From the NCBI RefSeq assembly GCF_018350175.1, contig NC_058368.1, forward strand, positions 197,348,001 to 197,412,000: a DNA stretch of 64,000 bases. The letters run 5' to 3'. Under the pieces are notes generated by a model, which was not told where the DNA came from, made no database searches, and saw only the letters and a list, made by a program, of their open reading frames with translations. A program made the translations under genes and the position numbers. Below, in pieces: positions 26,831 to 40,890 of this stretch. How positions within the stretch are numbered: position 1 is the first letter of the stretch; the number at the start of each line of letters is the position of its first letter. The DNA comes from Felis catus (Eukaryota).

Positions 26831-27901
26831 GTCTCAGAGGAATGTGGGTGCTGTGAAATGAGTTCTGGGCCAGGACTCAGGAGAAGGGATTTTTGGCCTT
26901 GGAGTTTCCCCCAATGTGTTGTGCAATCTCGTGCAAATTACTTCCCACTCTTGGCCTGTTTCCTCTATAACATAAGGGACTGGGCTGGATCTCCAAGTTT
27001 CAACCCAGGTTACACAGTGAAGTCACTATCGAGCCTTGACTAAATCCTCCCACAGTGTCCCAGGCTAGCATGGCATGTCAACACCTTGGGGTCACTTTGC
27101 CTGTGTATTTGTGTTTAAAAAGCTTCTGGGTGATAATTGCTGCTGGAATGGAGAAATACCATCTAGATGATGCCCCGTGTTCCTTCTTGTTCTAGAATTC
27201 CGAATCTGTGCCACACTACATAGCCTGCGTGTCATTTCTTCTTTAGTCCCTGTCACGGGGGAAGAGTTTCGGATGTAAGACAATTTTCCAGATAATTCGA
27301 GTCCTCCGATAAACACCAACCTTTTAAGACTTGTTGCCCTTGTTCGATTTTTCTTCTCAAACAAAACATCTAAATCTTTTTGATGATGTAAAGTTACCAC
27401 TGTGCTCATTCATTCGTGCTTTTATTTAATAAATATGCCTTTGGTATCCACTGTGTGTTAGGTGCCTATGGCAAAAAATGTTACAGTGTAACATCCAAAA
27501 GCTGGATGTGGGCCATGGGCCATGATAATGACTCTGATAACTAACCTGTGAATATTCATCACTGTTACACTGTTTCTCCATCCGAGCATTCCAGCTTCAC
27601 CATCTCACTGAATCCTCCCAATAACCCTCGGAGGCAGGTACAATGACACCCCCATTTTACAGATGGGAAAACTAAGGCACAGAAAGCTTCTATACTTTCT
27701 CAAGTTCACACAGATGTTTGAAGCTGAGCCAGGCCTCTGATCTCTCCGTGTGACCAGGGACAATCTGGTCCTGGACAATCTGGAGGGTCGCTCCCTCCCA
27801 GAGCCTCAGTTTCTTCCTGTGCTGAGTGACTCCGAGGCCCCTTTGAGGGGGCCCTTGACTCACACCTAATGGTTCCATGTCTGCCCGCTCCCCCAACCCA
27901 G

Positions 27902-28052
27902 GTCTCTCAGGAGATCTCTCACCTGCATCAAGGAGAGCCTGCGTATCTTCATCGACCTGGGGGTGAAAGACAAGGCTGCCGAGGCCTGGCTCGGAGCTGG
28001 ACGACTCCACTACCTCATGCAGGAAGATGATCTGGTGGAGCTGTACCTGCAG
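27902..28052 (+). CDS. SH3TC2: SH3TC2 exon 13
   Basis: caacccag|G...CAG|gtaagt; [50 protein letters not shown]. Confidence 0.95.
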
Positions 28053-30104
28053 GTAAGTCTCCTGCAGAGCTCACCTGCCCCCTTGGGTCATCTGGGGAGA
28101 CAGCGTACCCTCCAAAGTGACCAGCTAGAGAGAGGTGATGTCCATGCTGAGCCCTGGGAGGGAGGGGTGACGCTGGGATGTTCCCTGGACACAAGATGGA
28201 GCCCAGAGGGGTCTGGTGACAGGTGGCCGGTCCCTGAGTCCCATAGGGACATGTGGGCTCTCAAAGAATGTGGCAGGAGAGCCGCTCATCTGTCGTGTCA
28301 CGATCGATCTCTGCTAATCTCAACACAAACCTTGACTTCCGGGGTTTTGCAACAATGTGAGGCGAGGTTGATGAGTGCAGGGTGTTAACGTGATTGTCCT
28401 CTTCCAGTCTTTTTGTTTGCATCCCTTTAATGCCTGAGATATGGGACAGTGTAGTGATGAAAGGCCGGGGCTTTGCAGACAGACAGCCTGGAATCCGGTC
28501 ACAGAGCCATCAAGTATGGACCACGTGACCTTGGCCTGGCTGCACCGGCCACATCACAGGGCCTCGGTTTCTTCATGGGTAAACCCCATCTCTAAGGGTA
28601 AGGAGTATGTGTGTCACTTGTGTAGGAAATGCATATACAAAGCAAGCATTTACTAAATGCTTGGGACTTAGTGAATTCTTAATAAATGGCATTTTATTTT
28701 TATTATCGTCATCAGCATTGCTATTATCTGCACAGTGCCGACATTATGATGGTATACAGCATTTGTTTCATTGGAAACATGTCATTTAGCTTTTCTTCCT
28801 TCCCTTTTCTTATTTTTCTCCCTTTTTATTCCCCTTATTACTTAAACCCACACAAAGTCACTTCCGCCGAGACTTAATGATGGTTATGTTAACAGTGAGC
28901 GTATGCTCACTGTGCAAACACATCGCATACCTGCTGTAGTTTAACCCTCATTCCGAATACAGCAGGAGTGTCTACTCCAGTTCCCATTTCACGGATGTGG
29001 CTCAATGAGGCTGAGTAACTTGCCCAAGGTGATACGGCTGGTAAGCTGTGAAAACTGCCCACGGGCCGTGTGACACAAAGCCTTCACTCTCAGCCCCCAT
29101 GCTCTCCTGCCGTGGGACTTTAGAGCTGGAAGCGTTTTCAAAGAGCAGACAATTCGGCCTTGCCTTTCACTCTCCAGGACACGAGGCCCAGGGGCGGCTG
29201 TCTGGGGTGTGCATTTGCTCGGCGGGCAGAGCCCCCTGATTCCCGGATTCCGTCTCCCCACCTGTTTCTCTGTGCAGCAAGGCGATTAACAATTACTGCC
29301 GGGTCTTCCCCAGGGACCCATTGGCCAGCCCTGGTTGCAGGCCCACGCAACCCCAGACCTGATTTTCTGCAGAGTTGTTCTCAACCTCAGGCCCTCTGAG
29401 GTCCCACAGCTGGGCTGCAGACGCTGTGGTACATTCTTCAGCTTCCTCACTACGTTTTGTTTACATGCAATGTGGAATCACTGGCTAGAGATAGAGAGGT
29501 CGTGGGAGCCAGGGAAGGGTATCACGCTGGAAGACACTAGCATTTCTTTGGCAGTAACTATTATGTAAACGCAGAGAGTTTTCCTTATTCTTTCTGAGCC
29601 TCGGTTTCTCCGTCTGCAAAGTGTAGGTGTTGGATGAGACAAACTCCAGTCATTTGTGTATGAAGTTAATGGTTTTGCCACGTTTATGTATTGCCTGCAC
29701 CGTTATTATTTTCTTTGACTCAACTTCACATCAACTCGATTTGATCAATTAGAGCTTTTTACACTAAATCACACTATCTGAAATCACAGATTTGGATGCA
29801 TTATTCATCTCTCCTAAAACGTATTAAAATAAATACTTAGCTATTGAAACACAAAATGCTTGTCTCTGTACTGCTAAAAAATCATCTCAAGGGCTCCCCA
29901 GGTAATCTCTCATGCCACGATGGGGAAATGGCAGACTAGGGAATCGCAAAGCCTTCTTACCAGCCCCGTGAGTGGGGACCACAATTCAACGTTCAGAGGG
30001 TGTGAGCCGAGAGTTGAACCAGGTGGCCAGGACCTCACTCTTGCCGGTCCTGTGGCCGTTTGGAAGTCTTCTCTGCCTTTGACAGCTGTCTCTGTCCCAT
30101 CCAG

Positions 30105-30227
30105 GCAGCCATCCAGAAAGCCCTGAAGTCCGAAGAGCCCTCCCTGGCTCTCAAACTCTATGAAGAAGCGGGCGACGTGTTCTTCAATGGGACCCGCCAC
30201 AGGCACCGTGCGGTGGAGTATTACCGG
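30105..30227 (+). CDS. SH3TC2: SH3TC2 exon 14
   Basis: cccatccag|GCA...CGG|gtaagt; [41 protein letters not shown]. Confidence 0.95.
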
Positions 30228-31353
30228 GTAAGTCCAGCCAGGCCAGCCAGGCGCTGGCACAAACGTGCCAGGGCCACAAGGCCTGGGCCCCCCTTCCCCT
30301 CTCTTCCTGTTATTCCTTTTCCTTTCGTTCCTCATTCAGTGCCTATGTGGTCTTCCTTTCTTCAATCAACAAGCCCCCAAAGGAGTTGATAAATTCTGTC
30401 ATTCCTAGGCTTGATAAATTATCTTTTCTGGCAAAACACCCCAAAATAATTGCATCTCTTGGGTGAGTGGTGCTTTACGGTTTCTGGCTCACTTGTGTGT
30501 TTACCAGAATGTTCCCGGGTACCACTGGAGGCACGGCGGGGAGATGATTGGTCCAGGGATGAACGCTTGTGTTTTACTATGTTTTTATTAAGTGGGCATT
30601 AAAGTACATTTAAAATATTAAACATGTGTAACACCAGCTCATCAAACCCATGAATTCATTATCGCAAAGGATGAGGCAGAGCGTTGGCTCAAAAAATAAT
30701 TGTAATTAAGTAATCTTGCAGATGCGAAGCAGATGTGTCAAAGTCATAATGGTTGTTCGGTGAAGTTGTTCTGGAAAGCTTATTATCTTGTTTGACCCTA
30801 AAATTTCTCTTATTCATTCGTTTGCTTGTTCAGCTCTTTCTTCGGTCATCAAACATTTATCGAACACCCACTAGGTGCTGGGCACTGAGCTAGGGGTGAG
30901 GAGAGCGCGGAGTATGTCCCTGACCGTTGAGGTGCGCGTCGTCATATGCACTTCATAGATGAGAGAATTAAGTCGAGAGAGATGAAGTGACCTGCCTAAA
31001 ATTCGATCGTCATAAAAATAACGGAAATGGCCATTTATTGGGCGCTCTCAGACAGCACGCGCGAATTCCACAGACTGCCGCGGGTGCCAAGGGAGCCTGT
31101 GAACTGGGACGTGAATAAGTTCCCATGTGGCCCTGAGATAGGTCATCTTCCTTTTCCCCATCTCGGCTTTTCTAGTCTCGGGAGGCCTGATGACCTTTAC
31201 AGTTCTCCTACCTCTAGAATCTGGGCAGAGCGACCAAGAGCAAGGACCAGGAGAGCGAGCTGGGAAAAGCCACGCGTGGCGGCCCCCCAACCCCACCAGC
31301 ACAGTGTAAGCGCCTAGAGTGCGGTCTGTACCGATGATTTTTAGCTAGACTAG

Positions 31354-31533
<180 letters not shown>

Positions 31534-33391
31534 TGATCCGGATGGTCTGGCGTGTTGAATGGGCGGGCTAAAAGCTTATCCTATGGTGGTGGGGGGCGGG
31601 GGGGGGTGGGGAATGGATAACAAAGCAGTAACAGCAAAGACTCTGGAGTCAGACTGTGTGGGTTCAAATCCCGGATCCAACTGTCGGGAGATCTTAGTTG
31701 TAAGCCAGCTGCTTAATGTCTATAAGCCTCAAGTGTGTCACAGGGAAATAAGGCTTAAAAATAGCACCCACCTCATGCAGTTGTTATGAAGACCCATGAT
31801 TATCCATGTAGAACCCGCAGCACAGCGCTTCCGCGCTTGGTACGTAAGTCCTAGATAAGCATTATCTGTGTCACCCTGATTATCACACCACCATTGGTAT
31901 TACTCCCCCGTATGGGGTAAATGGTATCGTGTCCCCGCACAGGCAGTGCCCCTGTTACCAAGGGCCTCTGCCCTGAATTTTTAATTGGTTGATTGTTAGT
32001 CAAAAGCACATCTTTCCCTGTGGAATTGAAATGTAGATGAAGGTCAGATTCCCATTAACTTCACTCACTAAGGGGCTGCGATAGTTTGCAATTAGCACAG
32101 AAGCTAGTGGGAAACAATGTGAGCCATCAAAACAGAAAAAAGGCGGAATAAAAAAAAAAAAAGATGAAGAAAAAACCCCACCCTCATCTTGAATGTTGGT
32201 GTTGAGGAAAAGCAGGTTTGATGAGAGAAGGCTTGATTAGATGTAGGGGCAAATGGAGTCTTCAGCGAGGATGCTTGGAGGGACTTCTGGGCATTCTCAA
32301 GGGCCTGGGACGTGGATGGCACTGGACTTTATTGGGTCTTAATTGCACTTCAGAGCTCTGTCTCCTTTTCCTACCTTTTTCTTTACTGCAGAAAATCTTA
32401 TCTGAGTGACCGCTAGCTCGGCAGAGGCCTTGGGAGCCCCAGGCGGCTCCCTCTCTGAGAGTTCTTTCTCCTTCCCTGGGCAGAAGCTGAAAGCAGGCTA
32501 TATCCACTTTTGTGCACTTCCCCGTGACTGGATTTTTCCATATCAGAGAATTTTCTCTCCCTTGGATTTTTTTCTTTTCTTGTTGGCGCTTGGTTCTTCG
32601 AAGCCTAAAAAGTGGTGTTTTTTAGATTGCATCAAAGAGCCACCTTGCAAATATTCCAAAAACACAACGGGAAGCCTTTGTTCTCTTTAAAAGGCCACTT
32701 GGTATTAAAGGAGTTGGTTATTAAAACGACAGACCCGCCCAAACCCCAAACAACAAATCATAGACCCATTAGAAACCAAGGTTCTAAAGCATGGGTTTAA
32801 GTGTGAGCAGGTCTTTATAGTAATCTGAGACCTGGAGCTGGTGGTAAAAGCCAGAGGGTGACTGATGCAGGTGGCAGCCCCCCCCCCCCCGGGGCTTCTC
32901 TGAAGGGGGAGACTTTCAAGGGAGAAGACGTTGCACTACAGAGTCATTCGTTGCAAAGAATCCTTAGCCACTGCATCAAGCTAGACTTGCCACCATGTCT
33001 CATTACAGGGATTTGGAAATCACTCTCTCCCAGAATCTTGAGTTACAGTCACCTCTGTAATAAAGAAAAAGTTTCCTTCAGGAAATCGTCCCAGGAAGTC
33101 ATGATGGGCACACGTGCTCTCATCAGTCCCACCCAGAGCCCCGTGTTGCCTTTCGCGTCACTTACCGCAGGTGTAGTGTTAGTTTTGTTTGTGAGATTAT
33201 TTAAGGGGCATCTGTGTCCTGTGAGGCGAGAAACCTCGCGAGGGCAGGGACCTCTTCTGCCCTGTTCCGTATATCCCAAGCACCGCCCCTGATCCCCAGA
33301 AGACCTTCAAAAAACAGCACAGACTGGGTGCGTGGACGGATGCCGTCAGGTGTTGGCTGCACGATCTCTCCCTCAGTCTTCCAATTCCTAG

Positions 33392-33588
33392 GAGATCAGA
33401 AGCAGGAGCTGGTGGCCTTTCACCGCCTGGCTACGGTGTACTACTCCCTGAGCATGTATGAGATGGCCGAAGACTGCTACCTGAAGACTCTGTCCCTCTG
33501 CCCGCCCTGGCTGCAGAGTCCCAAGGAGGCCCTGTACTATGCGAAGGTATATTATCGCCTGGGCCGACTCACCTTCTACCAGCTGAAG
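33392..33588 (+). CDS. SH3TC2: SH3TC2 exon 16
   Basis: aattcctag|GA...AAG|gtaaga; [65 protein letters not shown]. Confidence 0.95.
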
Positions 33589-33978
33589 GTAAGAGCCGTG
33601 CTGGCGTACAAGGTTGTGTGACAGCTACCATCCAACCCCACTCTTCCCTGACCCTTAGCCTTCAGGGCACAGTTGAGTGGGCCAAGATGGGGAGTCATAT
33701 CTCACAGGGTGGAGGGGGGTGGTGACTCATCTGGGAACACGATGGTTCTTTGCTGCTTAGCTCCATGGGAGACCTCAAACGTGCCTCTGTCCGCTGAGGA
33801 GACAGATGATAGCTCGAGCTACTCTTCTTCCTTGCCCTGCTCTGATTCCCGTAGCCGCTTTATCTGTTGGGTACAATGGGGACATGGCCTAGTGCATGTG
33901 AGTTCCTCAGGGGCCTATGGAAATACACAAGATACAAAAGAGCTGGAGACTCCCACATTAAAATCAAAATCAGTGTTT

Positions 33979-34187
33979 GGGGCGCCTGAGCGGCTCAGTC
34001 GGTTAAGGGTCCGACTTGGGCCTCAGGTCATGGTCTCACAGCCCGTGAGTTCGAGCCCCGCTGATAGCTCGGAGCCTGGAGCCTGCTCTGGATTCTGTGT
34101 CTCCCTCTCTCTCTGCCCCTAACCCACTCGCATTCTGTCTCTGTCTCTCTCAAAGAGAAATAAACATAAAAAAAATTTTTTTTAAAA
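33979..34187 (+). mobile_element. Can-SINE with short internal deletion
   Basis: ggggcgcctgagcggctcagtcgg head; gagccccgctgatagc lacks the usual intervening bases. Confidence 0.88.
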
Positions 34188-34834
34188 AAATCAACATTAA
34201 CGTTCAACTGTGCGTCTTCAAAATATTATGGATTAACGAGCCAGTTGCAACGCGCTTCTTATAAAGTTCTATACAACTGTAGGACAAATCTGGGTACGTG
34301 TTGACACGACTGAGAGAGGTGGGATCTCCGAATGTAGGCACACCTCCGTCCTCGAGAGGCCTTAGCCCTGAGGCTCTGCTCTGCTGGAGCTGAATTCAGA
34401 GCTTGTTTTTCCAGTCACTTCTAGAACTGTATTGGTGGTCTGAAAGTCTCTGCTACAATTCTGGCCCTTGAACTTTGCCCCCAGCATTGGCTTCCCTTTA
34501 CCAGAGGTCCCTGTCTGCACCAGCACAGCCCTTAATCTCTTAATATTGTTCTGAGTCACGCCTGTGTTTGGCCCCCAGGGGATCCTCAGCGCGGCTCTGC
34601 TGTCCGTTTCTTATTTGCCAGAAGTTGTTTCTGGCCTGAATTAATTATTGTCTTATGAGGGTTAATGGGAACCAGACTGCCTTTTTGAATCTCACCCAAA
34701 GAAGCATCTGTTCCTCATTCGTACCATGCAGGAAGGGACGACGACGGGGTGGTGGAGATGGCAGAGGCCATCTTGCCTCTGTCCCATAGCTCCCCGGAAG
34801 TGGTTCAGGGACACAGTGCAGACAGTCTGATTGA

Positions 34835-35170
34835 CTCTACCAGCCGTTCCAGGGATTGCAAGGGGGGAAGAACTCAACTCAAATTAGCTTATGCAGAAGA
34901 GGCAATTTACTGGCTCCAGGAACTGGGAAGTTCAAGGATAAATTTAGGAGTTCCAGGTAGTTCTGGAGGCTGGCGCTCCAATGTCATCATGGATTTCCTC
35001 ACCTTTTCTTGTATCTCTTGGCTCTGTATGTTTCTGCTTCTCTCTGTTTCTTGCTGTCCTTCCCGTCCAGCTATTGGCAGGTTTACACCCACGTCTCCAA
35101 GGGTGAGGGACATTTTCTCTGTTAGGTTACACTGAGAGGTCCCAGGGAGTAGCTGGGGTAGGTCAGCTTG
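34835..35170. mobile_element. MLT1-like (MaLR) LTR fragment
   Basis: ttgcaag...aactcaactcaaattagcttatgcagaagaggcaatttactggctc resembles MLT1J/K-type termini. Confidence 0.5.
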
Positions 35171-35341
35171 AGTCATTTAGGAATCCCCGAGGCACTGTGC
35201 CCAGGATGCTGCTGCTTCACGATCGGCTGAGCCTGGGTGAGGTGCCACCTGGCATGGAGGGCTACTGGAGGTAGCAATGTCGCTGGTCCCCCAGGAACCA
35301 GGAGAAGGGGGTGGGAACGTACTTGGGGTAGACAGAATCTG

Positions 35342-35382
35342 GAGTTCTGAGTTCTGAGTTCTGAGTTCTGAGTTCTGAGTTC
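35342..35382. repeat. (GAGTTCT) heptamer tandem repeat, 5 full copies plus 6 nt
   Basis: gagttctgagttctgagttctgagttctgagttctgagttc. Confidence 0.95.
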
Positions 35383-35459
35383 CCGGCACTGCCTCTTGGC
35401 CTCCCCTGGAGATGTCTGCTCACTGCTGTCTCTTCTCTGCCCCCACGTCATGGGGTTAG

Positions 35460-35651
<192 letters not shown>

Positions 35652-36004
35652 GGAGGGCTGTCCTACATCCGACCAGTGGCCATGGCCAGAAGCTGCCTCC
35701 CTGCCCTGGGCTCCAGGACACCCATCTGGAAGGTGGGCATCATCACCTGGCCCAGCTCCCTCATCTTACAATGAGACTAGCACCGCCCAGAGGGAGGGGC
35801 TCATTTGGGGTCGGCCACACCAGGAGTGGATGACAGAGCAGGGACTGGAGGTCCTGGCTTTGTGTCAGGGGTTGTGTCTAGAGCCTTTTCAGCGGACTGC
35901 GGCCCTTCCCCACACACAGCCTCTGAAACGCACTTTCTCAACACTCCGTTCTAGAGAAAATGAGAACCCTTGTCCTGAGGGGGCAACCTCTCTCCTCCCC
36001 CCCC

Positions 36005-36005
<1 letters not shown>

Positions 36006-36043
<38 letters not shown>
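36006..36043. repeat. Poly(C)38 in the 3' UTR
   Basis: Direct count of 38 consecutive C. Confidence 0.9.
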
Positions 36044-36044
<1 letters not shown>

Positions 36045-36437
36045 CTGCTAGAGGAAATCAGGCGCTGCTCTGGAGAGAAGGCAAGCAGATTGGACTTTGT
36101 TCCCTTCACTGACTGTTCTCAGGGAAAGACCCTCTCCTCTCGCCAGCAGAGAAACTGCAAATTTCTTTCTTTTGCCAGCCAAAGGGGGTGTCACTCCTCT
36201 TGCTCGCGGGGACTGGCAGGTGGGAATTCACCATGCTCTTAGCTCAAACGACAGCCCCAGGACGGCTAGCTCAACACACAGGGCCTGGGGTCTGTTGCGG
36301 ATCCACCTCTCCCTCCTGCCCGATGCTCTGCTCCTCCGTAACCGCCTGGAAACTCCGGGAGCCTCCCCAAGGGCCAAGGCTTAAACATCGAACACTAAGA
36401 AGACGATGACGTAAATTCCTTCGGAAGAGTGTATATT

Positions 36438-36443
36438 ATTAAA
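36438..36443 (+). terminator. Candidate proximal poly(A) signal ATTAAA
   Basis: First poly(A)-type hexamer I see after the stop, with TGTA just upstream; usage unverified. Confidence 0.35.
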
Positions 36444-36577
36444 TATTGCTCATCTACATGCATACACATCAGTCTCCTTTCTAACAGGGAGAGATGAGAT
36501 GGGAGGCTTGAAGGATGGGTTAAATACCAAGGTGTCATATGGATTTCGGGGTAGCTCCTTGACAAAGCATCTCTATG

Positions 36578-37082
36578 AGTTGTCTATCACTGCATAAAAC
36601 ACGTATGGTGGCTTGAAACATCCATCATCCTACAGTTTCTATAGGAAGTCAGGACCTGGAGTGTGGCCTCGCTGGTGGCTCACAAGGCTACAATGAAGGC
36701 ATCAGCTGCTGTCTTCTCCAGCGTTGCTGGCGGAGGGCTCCGCTTCCCAATTCACTCACACCGCTGTTGGCAGGGGTCAGTTCCTTGCTCGCTGTTGGCC
36801 GGGAGGCTGCCCCCGGTTCCCTTCCATGTGACCTCTCCACAGGACAGCTCACAGCATGGCAGCCTGCTTCATCAGAGAGCAAGACAGTGAGAACCGAGTG
36901 AGAGAAGGGAGTCTTCTCATAAGCTCACCTCAGAAGTGACATCCAACTAGTTTTGCCTGGTCTACTCATTATAAGGGAGTCGCTAGGTCTATAGCCCACA
37001 CAAAAAGGGAGGGATATGCCAAGGGCGTGACTACCAGGAGGCAAGGAATCGCTGGGGGCCTTCCAGAAGCTGCCTACCACAG
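36578..37082. mobile_element. MLT1-type (MaLR) solo LTR
   Basis: tctatcactgcataaaac...gtggcttgaaaca...gaagtgacatcc...gctgcctaccaca termini. Confidence 0.7.
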
Positions 37083-37122
37083 TATCTGAGCTATTTGATA
37101 ACGAAATCAGGAATTCCCTAAG

Positions 37123-37505
37123 GCAGTGAACTCCAGGTAAGGTCCCCCCACTGGACCCGCTGCGTCAGCCTTACCTGTGAAATTGTCTGAAACGCAAATT
37201 CTGGGGCCCACCTGAGACCTCTGAATCAGAATCTCTGGAGTCCCGGAGCCCTAGTTTTTGCCTTGCTCTCCAGGTGATTCTAATGCACACTAAAGCATGA
37301 TAAACACTAGTCTGAAACCATGGTTCTCAGAAAATGTGCCAAAGAATCACCTTTCAAGTTCACAAGAACTTGCTGCAAATGAACCTCCTGGTTCCTGTTC
37401 CAGTAATTCTAACTCAGGACGTCTGGGAGACGCCCCTGGTACCTACATTTCTTGGATGGGCCATTCAGGCTATCCTGATACAGGAGGTTCACTCTTGTTC
37501 TGAGA
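37123..37505. mobile_element. Two adjacent MER5-family elements
   Basis: aaattctggggccccacc...tgaatcagaatctctgg...ctccaggtgattctaatgcacactaaag, followed by a second catggttctca... unit. Confidence 0.6.
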
Positions 37506-38635
37506 TGTGGGAACATTCAAGAAGATCTCTAGCCATAGGCTGGCCATCTGATGCCCAGCAGCTTAGATTTTACTGTCAGACCCTGGGCCCTTAATTTCTA
37601 GCTTTTTGGGCCGACCAGATGGTTGATAGCATAGTGGGTTGGGAATGAGTTGAGTCAACATTTCGTCTTCTAGGCACCAAGGTCATCTACACATCGGTAC
37701 ATCTTATTTTCTTTTAGGAGCTTGGTTGGTTGCCAAAATGCACTCCGTTCTAGAATATTCTTCTCCGGGAAGGAAATGAAGTGACCTAATCCATGACCGT
37801 GTAGAATAGATGTGATTTGGTTCCCACCACAAACCGTAAAATCCCCGAACAGGGAGGGATGTTGTGGATGGGTCCAACCTCCCAGGCAGCACCCTTTCAA
37901 CAACATTCCTGGGAGATGGACGGGGGCACATGCATTTAGGACAGTTCTGCCATCTTATTTTGGAGAAAGCTTGCTTGGCCCTGGAACCCATGCCATGAAC
38001 CATTCCTCATTTGTCTCAGGTTACAGCCCCTTTCCCTTTTCCCACTGACCTATTACTGCCCTCTGGCCAGACGCCAATTTCAGCTCCTCTGAAAGTGTGC
38101 TTCCCACAATGCACCAGGCTTTGGTACTGGCTTGTGGGGAGAGCAGAGAGGGCCATCACTGTGCACAATGTAATTTAGTGTTGTATTTTAATGTTGCATT
38201 AAGATTTTTCTTCTCTCCAGTACCCGCATCTTACCACTGGCTCACATTGAGCTTTTGATTCATTGACACCTTTTCCCACATGAGCTACTGTTTCTCCAGA
38301 TCTTTTTTAATTGCTGCAGATCTGTCTCTGTCTCTATCATCTCCGTCTCTCTATCTCTGTTTCTATCTCTATTCATATCTATATCTATCAAATTTATTTA
38401 AAGTGAAGGGCATTATACCTCCCCATTTTATATTTCATTGGGAATTTTGGTTAAAATTATCTGATTCTGTGCACTTTGGTTCATCTGTATACCTGGGAAA
38501 TCTGCCTCTAACCAGATCAGTTATAAAAACGTTCAACATATTTCCAAAGAAGAGGGGTAGGATTATTTTTTAAATGAGAAAAGCATTGCACTGTATCATT
38601 GCAGTTACTATATCCTATATGAAATTGCTCTGCTA

Positions 38636-38923
38636 AATAAAATGGTCTTTACAAGGGTTTAAGAATCCCTTTTAAACAATATGGTTAACTATTCTCCTTC
38701 TTGGAATCATGTTGAAGCTTTCTCTCCCACCACAATCCACAGAGCGTGGAGAGGTGATCGGATCTGGTCTGCATTTAAGCCGATTCTATTGTACATATGT
38801 AGTAGCCAGAGATGAATGAATGAATGAGTTACCCCCTTATATCCTAATCCTCCCCTAAAACTTGTGAGATCCCCCTTCACCCCCCACCCCGGCTCCCGGC
38901 TGCTTGTATCTAACCTGAATAAA
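38636..38923 (+). terminator. Candidate poly(A) signals AATAAA (38636-38641 and 38918-38923)
   Basis: First canonical AATAAA hexamers seen downstream of the stop, in AT-rich unique sequence. Confidence 0.35.
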
Positions 38924-39103
38924 GAACGAGAAGAGAATTACAACATTGTGGAAAGCCCTGTAACATGTGTTCTCAGCTTTCAGGTACATTTCTTTCCTAC
39001 CCAACAGTGTTAACACTCTGAGATCCAATATTGCTTTTATTCTTTTCTTATTTGCTTCTCTGTTATTTTAAGATGCTTTCATATTGTGTCTCTGTGTGCA
39101 TGT

Positions 39104-39105
<2 letters not shown>

Positions 39106-39137
<32 letters not shown>
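39106..39137. repeat. (GT)n microsatellite
   Basis: Uninterrupted GT run. Confidence 0.9.
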
Positions 39138-39143
<6 letters not shown>

Positions 39144-39701
39144 GTGCTTTGTAAATAACACATAACTCTTTTGACAGAAGTTTCCCTGGGGAAGGGAGTA
39201 TATAGGAGTGGAAAGTATCAGAATTAGGGGGAGAAACAGATCACCAGGAAGTGGGGTGACCTGTGTTTGGTCTTGGATTTGACATTAAATTTCATTGTGA
39301 CCTTGGGCAAGTCATTGAAACCTGGCAATTCTCTGATCTGTAATATAAAAAGGATGATCCCCCTCTGGGTTCCTTCTCAGCAATGTTATTTGCATACTGT
39401 GTGACCAGGAAAAGAAATTTGTATCTGGGAGATGAAATCGTTTATTTTTATGATCCCATTTTATTCTCTTCTTTTTACAGGTGAGTAAACTGAGAAATAG
39501 AAAAGTAATTTTCTCCCAGTTACACAGGATGTTAGTGACAAAGACAACAATACCCGCGATCTCATCACCCAAGGACTTAGCAGCACTAATGACAGGGCCT
39601 CTCTCACTCAGGGCGACCTTCATGCAGGGATGCATGTGTGTGTGAACCTCTGCATTTTCACTTTATGTACCGCCTGAACAACCATTTGTCAAACCTTAAA
39701 A

Positions 39702-39790
39702 TTTTTTTTAATGTTTACTTATTTTTGAGAGAGAGAGAGAAAGAGAGAGACAGAGACGGAGACAGAGCATGAGTGGGGGAGGGGCAGAGG

Positions 39791-39835
<45 letters not shown>

Positions 39836-39962
39836 GGAGGGAGATAGAAACTGAAGCACGTCCCAGGCACAGAGCCCGGCAAGGGGCTGGAACTCACAGC
39901 CCGCGAGATCATGACCTGAGCCGAAGTTGGACGCTCAATTGACTGAGCCACCCAGGCGCCCC
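39702..39962 (-). mobile_element. Can-SINE with expanded (AG)n
   Basis: Long GA run; ends gagccacccaggcgcccc. Confidence 0.9.
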
Positions 39963-40399
39963 TATTAAAATTTTTATAAGTTGATTTGCTTTCTTTATTC
40001 ATATAAATTAATTTTACCAAGGATGACTGGTCTGTGTAGAAGGAAGACACAGGTTTTGCTTTCCATAAGTAGAATTTCATAAATAAAAACAAATGCAGTG
40101 AAAACAAAACGATGCACTACATTCAAGCTGGGTCCTGTTGCCCACAGCAAGTGCCCAGCCGAAGCTTGATCTGGCATTATTTGACAATAAAAAGATTAAC
40201 AAGTGGCAGGGAGTGTTGCAGACAGGCTAACAGCATTGTCTTTGAGCAAAGAAATGGAGAAAGCAGCACACAGGACTGAAATCCTCAAAATAACAGTCAG
40301 TGCTAGTTAATGCCGTGCTTGGCGCGTACTTCCCACCTCAGGGAGGTGGGGGCTCAGTTTCCTAAGAGGGAAGGAGAAAATATGAATATGATCCAGGAT

Positions 40400-40890
40400 G
40401 GGAAGCTCTGTGGGAGCTAACTACAGGGTGTTATGGGAACTCAGGGGAGGGCACTTAACCCAGCATAGGACCCAGGGCATCAGGGAGGACTTCCTGGAGG
40501 AAGTGACATCTAAACCGAGTCCGAGAGATCAATCTGCTAAATTCCAATTGTAGGTTAGGGGGTATGGAGTTGACAGGGCATGTGTCAAGCTAAATTCAGA
40601 GGGTGGAGGGGACCTGGCATTTTCTGTGAACAGCAGTTCAATGCAGTAAAGCTGGAGCAGAGTCAGGGGGGTTGGGAAGTAGAAGTGGGAGAAGATGCTA
40701 GAGAGGAAGCTGGAGACAGACCTTGAGGGGTTTGGTCTTCACCCTGAGCGTGAGCGGGGAGCCAATGTAAAGGTTATAAGCAGTAGAGAGACAGGGTCAG
40801 GTTTGTGCATTAGAAAGATGATTCTGGAAGCAATATGAGAATGGAAGGTGGGGCAGCAGGAAGGAAGGTGGGAAACCCATTAGGACCTGG
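40400..40890 (-). mobile_element. L2 fragment
   Basis: agggaggacttcctggaggaagtgacatctaa...ggggagccaatg...tcaggtttgtgcattagaaagatgattctgg. Confidence 0.65.
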
